A DNA stretch of 64,000 nucleotides, taken from the NCBI GenBank assembly GCA_950097015.1, contig CATNEN010000010.1:1860001-1924000 (forward strand). The letters run 5' to 3'. Below, piece by piece: positions 25,901-37,303 of the stretch. This DNA comes from Macrostomum hystrix (lineage: Eukaryota > Animalia > Platyhelminthes). Position 1 is the stretch's first letter. Each line of letters begins with the position of its first letter. A program made the translations under genes and the position numbers. Under the pieces are notes generated by a model. That model did no database searches and was not told where the DNA came from. It saw only the letters and a program-made list of their open reading frames with translations.

Positions 25901-28900
25901 GTTCACAAATGCTTGGCTGAGCTGGCTTGCATCTAAAGCTTGAGATTGCCTGGCTTTGGTGATGCTTGCATGAGCATAGTTCTCATGTTGAGCCCATAGA
26001 CATGCTCAAGCATTTCTGTAGGCATCATCGCGCAAACGTAATGCAGTACAAAGTACAAAGCAAGACTTTCTTTATTGAAAACCTTCAAAATGTCATATTC
26101 TGTAAGTCGTACCCTGGGGAACTGAACTAAATGGCTCATAACTTTTGAATGCCAGAAGATATTGGCAAAATAAAAAAATAATGCATAGATCGATAAATCC
26201 GCTTTCAAGAAAAGTTAACGAAATTAATGCATCTGAATCCAACTATGAGCTACGTTGAAAATTCCCACCACTTTTTGGACACCCCTCGTACATTGTTTGG
26301 ACAATAATTTTCATTTGCTGAGTTACAGGGACGTAAAACCGAGTGGGATCCTTCCATCTTTCTACGAGTAACGACCAAAAACGATTTAGCCAATCAGAAT
26401 TTAAAGGCCGATTTCTCGGGACTAACGTTAGAACTTGAGTACGAAGTAGGACGCAGGTCAAGCATGCCCTTAAATAGTTTAAAAACGATTGCGTCTGTTG
26501 AAAATCTATTTTTAAAGCTTTTTGAACCCAGCGAAATAAAAACTGCTGATAATGGTTAAGTCTGCTGTTATAATGATCTTCACCATCCCGCACCATTTCA
26601 GCCGTGTTCGTGTCAGGTAAAATCGAGTGGTTGAGCATATTTTCTATTTTTTTATATTTTTATTTCTATTAGTTTAGCCCAAAATTATTTACAAAAACTA
26701 AAATTATCACTTGCAGTAAATTTTATAGTTTCACCCTAGTTAACATGGACAGTGAGACCTGATGCTTTAACATAAAATATTTATCGTGAATTTCATTTAC
26801 TTTTTTATTTCACTAGCTGCTCAGTAAATTAATGGAATATAGGTGCACAGGACTGGTGTGTGCTCATGTCACCTGTCAGCAAGCTAGCTGAGCACATCAA
26901 TTAATAAGCAGTTCCCCTATTATTTTATTCCTTGACTTATTTACAGTACTAACCAGTTTTTAATTTGACTACTCTCGGCTACCATGTCGATTGTTTACAT
27001 AAAACTAGTTTCTCCTTTCCAAAGCAAATAATAGAATATAATTTTTTGTTTAAATGGGAACAATGCTATTTTTTAGAGCATTTGAAGGAACTTTCAGAAA
27101 TGATTGGTGCTAGACACAACTGCATTGCATAACCATTAGAATGCTAAACGACCCCACCCCAATGCGTTGCTGTCTGTTGGGCCTTTCATTTACAACTGAC
27201 AGGATTTAAAATACGAAAGGAGGTTGAAATGCAAGTCTAGAAAGTCAGCTATTTAACTCTTACCTCATGCTAAACTGGCGTCTGATTCGAGTTCAATGTC
27301 TTACCTGCGAATGATGACAAGGGACAATAATAACATTTTCGTACAAAAATGAGCGCTCTTACAAAAATATATTTTTCACCTGGTGATTTACTTATCCAAC
27401 TTTTTCACGTAGGAGAAAAAAACTTAGAGACTCGATCCCACAGCGCACCTTGAAACTTTCTCAAATCCCGCAGCTGACGAAGCGCGCGCCAACGCCAACA
27501 ACGAGGCGAACCTCGGTGACCCCGGTGATAGGGACTGCGATGGCATCCCAGACGAGGAGGACGAGGATAATGACAACGATGGCAAGCTGGACCGAACACA
27601 AGACTCCGACTGGGACGGCCAGCTGAACCACGTCGACGAGGATGATGACAACGATGGTTAGTTGTTGTCGTGTGCTGTGTGACTATGAGCCATTGTCATG
27701 TGCTGTGTGACTATGAGTTAATGTTGTGTGCTGGGTGACTATGAGCCATTGTCGTGTGCTATGTGACTATGAGCCATTGTCGTGTGCTATGTGACTATGA
27801 GCCATTGTCGTGTGCTATGTGACTATGAGCCATTGTCGTGCGCTGTGTGACTATGAGCCATTGTCGTGCGCTGTGTGACTATGAGCCATTGTCGTGCGCT
27901 GTGTGACTATTGGTTTATGGTTTTCTGGTATTAAAGTTTGCACGCCATCTCGCAGGAATCCCTGACGAGCGTGATCCTGACGCCAACGGTGACGGTGTGC
28001 CAGACTGCCGACGGGACGAGTCGATCCTGTACAAGGTGGTCCGTTCCGGCAAGGGCAAGGTCAAGAAGGTGCTGATCTCGCGCAAGGAGACTGAGGAGGA
28101 GCAGGAGCTCATCGAGGCCAAGAAGTCCCAGGTGGCAGCGCACGAGATACACAAGAAGGGCCTCGGCAACCGCATCAAAGACCCGATGATGCACACCAAG
28201 ATTAAGTTGAACAAGAAGAAGCCCGAGGAGGCTGCGGCTGAAGCTCCAGTTGAGACGCACACTAAAGGAGCGGATAAGAAGAAGAATGCAGCCTCAACTG
28301 AGACCAAAAAAGCCGACGTGAAGAGCAAGCAGCCAGAGAAAAAGGAGACCAAGAAGAATGCAAAGAAAGACGAGAGAAAAGCACCTGTCGCGCCGAAGAA
28401 GCCAACGGTCAACTCGCCTCCAGCGGCCAAACCGACAGTCAAGAAGACGACGCCACCACCTGCGCCCCCGCCGCCGACACCGAAGACTGTCAAGCCGACA
28501 ACGAAGAAGCCAGAGGCGCCGGCGTCAAAGAAAACTGCTCCAGCAACCCCTCCTCCAGCAGCGGCCAAGAAGCCCGCTGCTGCTAAAAAGGCGCCACCGC
28601 CACCGCCACCGCCAGCACCAGCTACGAAGAAGACAGCCAAACCAGCGAAAGCAGCGCCGCCACCGCCGCCACCACCGCCGCCGCCACCGCCGCCTGCCGC
28701 AAAGAAAACGGCAGCAAAGGAAGCCAAGAAGCCGACGGTTGCGCCACCTAAAAAGGTGGCCCCAGCAAAGCCCGCCGCAAAGCAAGAAAAGGTCGAGAAG
28801 AAGCCGCAGACCCGAAAGCTCAAATCACTGGCCGATGATCACGACTGCGATGGAGTGCCAGATGATATCGATGTCGACATTGACAATGACGGCTATATCG

Positions 28901-31900
28901 ACCGCACTCAAGATAGCGACATGGACGGTGTGATGAATCACGTGGACGAGGACGATGACAATGACGGTATCCCGGACTCGGAGGATCCCGATAGAAATGG
29001 AGACGGTATTCCGGACTGCAGGTCTGAGTTTAAGCAGATCCAGGACACCGTGACGAGGATGCGCGGCCAGCCAGCTCAAGGCGAGAGCGTCGGCGCCATC
29101 AGAGAGTCCCGCAGCAGCGGCGGTGGCGTTAGCGGCGGCGGAAGCTGGTTCGGTGTCGAGGCTGCGGACGACAAAGCAATTAGGGAGGCTCAGAAGCAGA
29201 AGAAAAAGCTAATAAAGGAGGCAGAGGCCCCTGCGGCCAAGCCCAGTGGCAAGACAGTCAAGAAGACGTCTCCACCTCCACCCCCGCCACCACCCAAGGC
29301 CACCAAAAAGCCTGTTGCTGCTGAGGCTACCCCTGACTCCGATGGTGACGGCATCCCGGACCACCTTGAAGGTGATAGCGACGGGGATGGAATCCCCGAT
29401 TATTTGGAGGACGAGGACGGCGACGGCATCCCCGGTATGATTTCTAATGAGTGCGGTGCTTTTACTTTGCTTTCAGCTCGCAACGAAATTGAAATTGATC
29501 TGCCTGCTTTTTTGCCATGGCTACCTCTAGATCGCACAGTAGACTTCCTTCCTTTAGATCTTGCTCATTCCCAAACCTTGTAGCTCATTGTGACGAAAAT
29601 ATTTTGTTACCAAGCAAATCCGCATTCAACTGGAAATATTTTGAGAAACTTTTTAGCGACAGCCAGCTACTCAGTATCCCGTCCCCTGGCCCATGGGATT
29701 CGGGTGGTGGGAACGAAAATTCTCGACTTCCGCCGCTGATGTCAAATTGTTCATTAGACCACCTGGAGGGCGATAGCGACGGTGACGGTGTGCCGGATTA
29801 CTTGGAGGACGATGATGGCGACGGAATACCGAGTGAGTTCGGGCTGGATGTTGGGCGTATTTTCTGATCACAGCGGCTGCATTTTTCTAACTGGAAATGA
29901 CAAAAAATATTCGATTTCTCTGAAATTTGAAGACTATCTCGAAGGCGACTCAGATGGTGACGGAATCCCGGATTATCTAGAAAAGGACTCCGATGGAGAT
30001 GGCATCCCAGATCATCTGGACAAAGACTCTGACGGCGATGGCATTCCTGATCATCTACAAAAGGACTCCGATGGAGATGGCATCCCAGATCATCTGGACA
30101 AAGACTCTGACGGCGATGGCATTCCTGATCATCTACAAAAGGACTCCGATGGAGATGGCATCCCAGATCATCTGGACAAAGACTCTGACGGCGATGGCAT
30201 TCCTGATCATCTACAAAAGGACTCCGATGGAGATGGCATCCCAGATCATCTGGACAAAGACTCTGACGGCGATGGCATTCCTGATCATCTTGAAGATTCC
30301 GACGGTGATGGAATCCCAGATCATCTGGACAAAGACTCTGACGGCGATGGCATTCCTGATCATCTTGAAGATTCCGACGGGGATGAAATCCCAGATCATC
30401 TGGACAAAGACTCTGACGGCGATGGCATTCCTGATCATCTTGAAGATTCCGACGGGGATGGAATCCCAGATCATCTGGACAAAGACTCTGACGGCGATGG
30501 CATTCCTGATCATCTAGAAAAGGACTCTGACGGAGATGGCATTCCTGATCATCTTGAAGATTCCGACGGTGATGGAATCCCAGATCATCTGGACAAAGAC
30601 TCCGACGGAGATGGCATTCCTGATCATCTTGAAGATTCCGACGGGGATGGAATCCCAGATCATCTGGACAAAGACTCCGACGGAGATGGAATCCCCGATA
30701 ATTTAGAGGACGATGACGGAGATGGAATTCCAGGTAGCAAGCTGCAATCTGAGGAATTCTATGCATACGAGTATATATATGCTCTTAGCATTGATTTCAA
30801 GCCATTCTAGGAGCAAAAAGTGTTCTAATCCTTCGAACCCACCGCCTATAGACCATCTTGAAGGCGACTCAGATGGTGATGGCATTCCTGACTACCTCGA
30901 AGATGACGATGGTGACGGCGTCCCGAGTGAGTCGGGCGTTGAGTCGGGCGTCGCTAGGGATTGGGGAGATCATTGGCTTGTTGGAACGGACCTGGCCTTG
31001 ACCTTCAGCAAGACAACCTTTCCTATGAGTTCTAGTAATTTGCCAGCACCAATGGTTGCACGTATAACCACTGAGCTCTTCCAAACGCTCCACTCTTCTC
31101 GAAACCCGCAGCTGGTTGAGGGAAAACTGCTGCTGTCTGCTGGGTTGGCTCTGCGGCTGGCATGGTTACAATTAATGTTCTCTAGCACGAAACCTGCCAT
31201 ATAACATTGGTCCTTACTAATGAATGCAAAATACATTAATCACGGAAGATAAAAATGTGACTTTACTTCCTAACCTGCATTATTTGTGCCTATGGAAAAT
31301 TTTTTTTTCCTTTCTGTCACTATTCTTCTTGCGAAAATTGTTCATTTTTTGCGCTAATCGGGATGGAACCTTCGTTTCACCTGATAGCTTAGAGCTCTAT
31401 ATGAGCAGTTGTTTAGTCGAATTCAAATGCCCATTCTAGACTATCTCGAGGGCGACTCAGACGGTGACGGCATTCCGGACTACCTCGAGGACGAGGATGG
31501 CGATGGTATCCCCGGTAAGATCGAAGGAGCTTCAACTGGATCTATTTATATCCCATAGTCTAGAAGACAAAAGCAATGAAACCTGCATGCGTGACCCCCA
31601 GACTACCTGGAGCTGGACCTCGACGGAGACGGACAGCCGGATTATCTGAAGGACTCGGACGGAGACGGAATTCCAGGTATTGAAAGCTTCGCCCTCTTCG
31701 TTCCTCCACTGACTAGAAAAGGAAGTCCACAAAAAGCAGGAAAAATATGCAAAAAACTTGCTTTTTTCAGATCACAAGGACAAAGACACAGGTAGCATTT
31801 GTTTTGGGCGCACATACCTGCTTTCAGTCGCTGCCCATTATATTTAAAGTACCTGGACTAAAAAATGTGCTTAGATATCTGTATTGACGGGAATGATATT

Positions 31901-34600
31901 AACCAGTTTACTCAGCATTATCCAGCATTATCCAGCATTACCCAGCATTACCCAGCATTATCCAGCATTACCCAGCATTACCCAGCAATATCATCAGTGC
32001 AAGGAAGATTAGACTAGAAAGTGACACTCCTTCGATTTTGCCTGGCAACCAGGTCTCTCGCCGCCACCCACTTTGCGCATTTGCTTCTACGAATCGAATC
32101 CGATTTCCGCAGCTTTTTCCAAACTATAATAAAATTTATTTCGCTCAGTCATCTGAGTATCGCGCATGGAAAGTGTCCAGAATTGATTTTTCGTCGAGCT
32201 AAAAGCTGGGTTTAAGAATGCTTTACCAAAGTGTGAGACCTACCTCACTGGAGCACGCCAATGTATTTAGGTTCAGACAGGGGGCTCGGTGCACAATCAA
32301 CAAAAATAGCATGAAGCAACCAACCCCTAGACGGACAATTGCATGTGCACATTAAAGTACACGTGCACTAACAGGTGCGACTACAATTTTACTGTCCAAA
32401 GTTTTTCATCTCTCTCCTGCACGATTGGTGCTCCTTGTTGTCTGGTGGCGGAATCGGAATGCGACTCATTTCGTTCTCACTGAAAACTGCCACCGGTCAA
32501 ACAAGCCGGTCGTTCTTTATATAAAATTTCCCACTAACCGTCTCCCGTGCTAGACTTTGTTCCAAAGCCTCCCGCGGCTTCGGACCAGCAAACGAAGCAG
32601 TCAGCTAAGGCAAAGGCCAATACTGAAAAGAAGCCGGCGGACGGCAAGAAGCCAGCGGACGGCAAGAAGCCGGTGGACGGCAAGAAGCCGGCGGACGGCA
32701 AGAAGTCGGCGGACGGCAAGAAGCCGGCGGACGGCAAGAAGCCGGAAACGAAGAAGACTGCAAAGAAGGCGCAGGCTGACAGCGACAGCGATGGTATCGC
32801 TGACTACCTCGACCGCGACGCTGATGGCGACGGTGTTCCGGACGCTGTCGAGGATAACAATCAGGATGGTGTCTCCGACCTACTGCAAGCCAAGGACAGC
32901 GATGGCGATGGAATCCCGGATGCTGAGGACACCGACGATGACAACGATGGCGTCTCGGATGCCAAGGATTCTGATGACGATGGCGACAAGATCGTTGATA
33001 AGACCGAAGACGAGGACCAGGACGGTGTACCGGACTACCTTCAGCAGGAGGATACCGATGGTGATGGCATTATCGACGTCCTCGACACTGATGACGACAA
33101 TGATGGTGTGCCGGACTACTTGGATCAAGACGACGACGGTGACGGCATCCTCGACCAGTTCGAGGACGAGAACAAGAACGGTCGTGTTGATATCCTTGAA
33201 GCAAAGGACTCGGACGGTGATGGAAAGCAGGATTTCATCAACGACGACGACGATGACAACGACGGCGTGCCGGACTCCTCTGACACGGACGATGACGGGG
33301 ACAAGATTGAGGACCGGTTCGAGGACGAAAATAAAAATGGCGTGCCGGATCAGCTGGAGCGCGAGGACACCGACGGCGACGGCGTCATTGACCTCCTGGA
33401 CACTGACGATGATAATGACGGCATTCCGGACTACCTCGGTGAGGCCGAAAAAAGTCAACTGAGGCTACCGAATTTGGATTTTCCCAGCAGCACTGCTTTT
33501 AGTTGGCTTTCGATCGGCTTTCAGTTTCGACTTTGTGCGCCGAAACACGTAGAATAGTTCTTAATTGACTGCAGCACGTTCGATTCGCAATAGTTTCCTT
33601 AGCCTCCTAAGACCAGCGTTATGCTCGGCGATTCGCGCTTATAAACTTCACCCCAGTTTGAAGCACGTGAAAATTCTTACCCTTCACTTTTACTATATAT
33701 GCATGCGCAAGTTTTCAAGCCTCGAGAACGCCCTTTCCCCGCTTTTCTCTCTCTGCAGACCCCGACGATGATAACGACGGCATTCTGGACCAGTTTGAAG
33801 ATGAGAACACCAACCGCATCATCGACTTGCTAGAAGCTCGCGACACCGATGGCGATGGTGTGCCAGACATCAAAGACGACGACGACGATGGTGACGGTGT
33901 ATCGGACGAGGAGGACTCTGATGATGACAATGATGGTGAGCCGTTTATTTGAATCGGCTAATTTGTCGAATACTCGACTTGATTTCGTGGGCATGGGATT
34001 CTATCGCTGTTACGGACTGCGGATGTCAGTCCTCAGACAATTTTAGCTGGTGTTTGTCAGATGCTCTGCTTTTATTTATAAGATCACATTATAAACAATA
34101 CTCATTGTGCAGGCATCCCCGACGAATTGGAGGACGAGAACCGCAACCAGGTCCCCGACTACCTCGAGATGGAGGACACAGACAAGGACGGCCTCATCGA
34201 CCTCATCGACACTGACGACGACAACGATGGCATTCCAGATCAGGACGATGACGACGCTGACGGCGATGGCATCCCGAACGATGAGGAGGACGAAAACGGA
34301 AATGGCATACCAGACAATCAAGAACTCGTCGACTCAGATGGAGATGGCGTCCCGGATGTCGTTGATCAGGACGATGACGGAGACGGTGTGCCAGACGGCG
34401 TTGACGGCGACTCGCCCGCGGCAGGGGAGCACAAGTGCCGCAGTAAAGCGGACTGCGCCGCCAAGCAGGAGAAGCAGCCAAAGCAGGCGTCCAAGAAGGT
34501 CAGCAGCGGCGGCGGCGGTGGCAGCCGTGAGAAAGTTCGCCAAGTGCTCGACTGGATCGAGGACTTCTTCGGCGTTGACGATCATCAGCACCATCACTGA
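19988..34600 (+). CDS. Giant acidic DxDxDG (thrombospondin type-3-like, Ca2+-binding) repeat protein with Lys/Pro-rich blocks; 5'-incomplete model, >=15 exons, >=1,961 aa
   Basis: Exons 19988-20135, 20666-21205, 21390-21803, 22512-22961, 27474-27656, 27956-29434, 29758-29832, 29933-30733, 30852-30926, 31440-31514, 31602-31676, 31771-31791, 32554-33438, 33759-33935, 34113-34600 (TGA). All are bounded by AG/GT, all 14 introns are phase 1, and the sum is 5886 nt in frame. Dozens of DxDxDG(I/V)PD motifs; CACTAAC branch point at 32532. No start or signal exon was located. Confidence 0.85.
24860..26288 (-). mobile_element. Mariner (DD34D) DNA transposon, internally deleted and frameshifted, ~190-bp imperfect TIRs, TA flanks; inside an intron of the DxDxDG gene
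   Basis: HTH region ([17 protein letters not shown]...KSGRP), [19 protein letters not shown] with 34 residues between the two Asp, and C-terminal [15 protein letters not shown] in a shifted frame (~25165-25210). TIRs 24860-25052 and 26098-26288; TA at 24858 and 26289. Confidence 0.92.
27660..27910. repeat. 28-bp intronic tandem repeat (GTGACTATGAGCCATTGTCGTGTGCTAT)
   Basis: About 9 copies filling most of the intron between exons 27474-27656 and 27956-29434. Confidence 0.92.
31912..31988. repeat. 10-bp tandem repeat ((T/C)CCAGCATTA)
   Basis: About 7 copies. Confidence 0.85.
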
Positions 34601-35249
34601 TCCTTCATTGCGAATCGAATTTCGTCACCATCGGATTTCAAATAATTTCTGCACCGTATTTTAGGACCAATTTTTCACATCAGTAATTTCCCTGACAAGC
34701 ACTTTCCCGCATTCAGACATCTTTGCTTCCCTCACACTGCTGCTGTCCCCATTTCGTTCATTTGTTGAATCGCATCATTAGGACCGAATTGCGACAAAGT
34801 CAGCCATCTCCAACCCAGTCTGTTCAGCCTAATCTGTTAGCAGTGATGCTTAGTAAGCTTCCTGCTGTGTTGCTAAGGTACTTATGTGAACTTGCATTGC
34901 AGCTGTGAACCCATTAGTTTATCTTCTCAAATCTGTAATGCTCAGCCGTCAATTCAACCCAATAGGACTCCCTGCTGTTGCTACTACAGTACTATCTACG
35001 ATATTTTTAATTCTTTCTTGTTACGGTCGTGAAGCAAAAAATAAACTGATAACTTTCGACAGTAGTTAAATATACTTTAGTCATCACTTTCAGTCCCAAA
35101 TATGAAACATGAATTTCTGCTTTCGATCCCTGCCTGTTGGTACTTTAAACTCAGGAAATTGCAGGTATTAGCTGCTAGTCTAATAATGTACTATTAATAA
35201 TACAACTTCATTATTAAGTTCAGATGAAGCTACCATCGCCTTCAGTGTG

Positions 35250-35570
35250 AGACCTACAAACCCATACTGCCTTCCACAAACCCACACTGCCTTCCACAAA
35301 CCCACACTGCCTTCCACAAACCCACACTGCCTTCCACAAACCCACACTGCCTTCCACAAACCCACACTGCCTTCCACAAACCCACACTGCCTTCCACAAA
35401 CCCACACTGCCTTCCACAAACCCACACTGCCTTCCACAAACCCACACTGCCATTCCCAAACCCACACTGCCATTCACAAACCCACACTGCCTTCCACAAA
35501 CCCACACCACCATTCCCAAACCCACACTGCCATTCACAAACCCACACTGCCATTCACAAAGCCACACTGC
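35250..35570. repeat. 20-bp minisatellite (CTTCCACAAACCCACACTGC)
   Basis: About 16 copies. Confidence 0.95.
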
Positions 35571-37303
35571 TTTGACAAGCTCAGTAGTCAGAGGTCATCA
35601 AAGGCACTCAAGTAGGTCAGGCGTTTTTTATCAAACGTTTTGAAACGCAGCCAGTCGGGCTTCTTAGGAAACAGAGTTTCCTAGAAAAATGTATTTCAAA
35701 TTCAAACTCAAAGCACGGATGAGCCATGGATCAGCGGCTCTTGAAGACCTCACTGCGGCGGGAGCTAACACCGACTGCCCCAATGCCCCATCCACAATGC
35801 TCCGGAACAGGTACTCAGATCTGCTTCTAAAAGAAGTTGTTTGCCAGAGCTCCCTTTTGCGTTAAGAATGAATAGGAGATTTTCCGCGAAAAAATCATAA
35901 CTTTTCAGCCCTTTCTTAGAAAAAAATGCCCTATTTTATGTCCCCTGCTGACTCAGGTCCGCGTGTGAAGTGTTTGCTCACACACTTCTCAGTTATTTCA
36001 GGTGGAGTTTTGCCAGGTGTGCTCATGGAAGCGGATTAGGGCACTCTGAGCTGGCATCTGTCTCAATGTTTGGTGTCTATTATTTTTATCTAAGCCTACA
36101 AAATCATTGCCTAAACCTCAACCTGAACTTCAGCGCACTCCAAAATCTAACATAAAGCCTTCATCTCAACCTGAGAAGTAACTCTATGATCAGAATTCAT
36201 TCGAAAGTCAATCAGATTACAGCCATAAAATGGGCATCACAAGAGACTCAGTAAATTCTCTCACTTCCAGCCTTTTTGTCTATTTATTGTTAGATAGAAG
36301 TGAATAGTGAGAAGCAGTCAATGATGATTCAGCAATATTACATACGATAGCAGCAGTAGTAGGACACGTACAAGGACACGGGGCTTCTGTGCAGTGGTTG
36401 GCTGTGCTGGCTACACTGTGCAGTGCCTGATGCAGCATAGGGGTCTGTAGCCCCTACTCTAGCCTGCTAACCCACCCCACCAGGCATTGCAGCTGCACAG
36501 CACAGACCCGAAGTGAAGTGGTGAAAGGTGAGAGAGGCGCCAGACGAGGGTGCGAAGGAAGTGGAAAGTGAGACTGTATTGAAGCCGCATTTTATAATGG
36601 GCGCAGAATGCTATGCGTAAATATGGAATTCCAGCGGCCGCTCGTAATCACATGAAGCTGGAAAGGGAATGGGGGAACCGGAAGAAGGAGAGGGGAATAT
36701 GGTAGGTGAATAATCGAAGAGAAATAGGGGAGAGGATTATGGGCTAGTGGATAAAGGAGGGAATTTGATCAGGGGAATAGAGGGAATCAGGCAAGGGGAT
36801 AATATTGGAGATTTTTTGTGGCAGAGGAATAATTGCAGAGAAGCGAATAATTGCAATGAAGTATCGAGGAGAATAATAAGAGGAAGGGGATAAAAAAGAG
36901 GAAGCATGGGTTGTATTGGGGGCCAGGCGAAGAGGAAAGTCCATGAAAGGGGGGCAGAAATAGGGGACAGGTGCCGAAGTAGGAGCAAAGACTACCGACT
37001 CCCATCTGTCGGGGCATCAGGCGAAGAGACGAAGGTAGATGTGGAGAGAGATAGCCGTGATTCTTGGATGCGAAAGTACTGCAGAGCGCAAACAATAAGA
37101 GTCAGGGAGGACAAAAGCTGTACAATCTGATTGTGACCCGCGAGCACAGTTTAGAGCGGGAAAAGCAGGTGAGAAATACGAGCTGGGCACGGGACGGCCG
37201 CAGCCCAGGTTCAACGGGCGCGCGTGCAGGAGGTAGGAGACTCAGAATGCTGCTCAGACTCGGGCCGGAGAGGGACCAGGGCTCGATTCTCAAAGCGCCA
37301 AAG

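Noticed and set aside
27915-33462. Long antisense or alternative-frame ORFs (27915-28823 -, 29798-30766 -, 32557-33462 +)
   Set aside because: Shadows of the repetitive, GC-rich coding exons of the DxDxDG gene.
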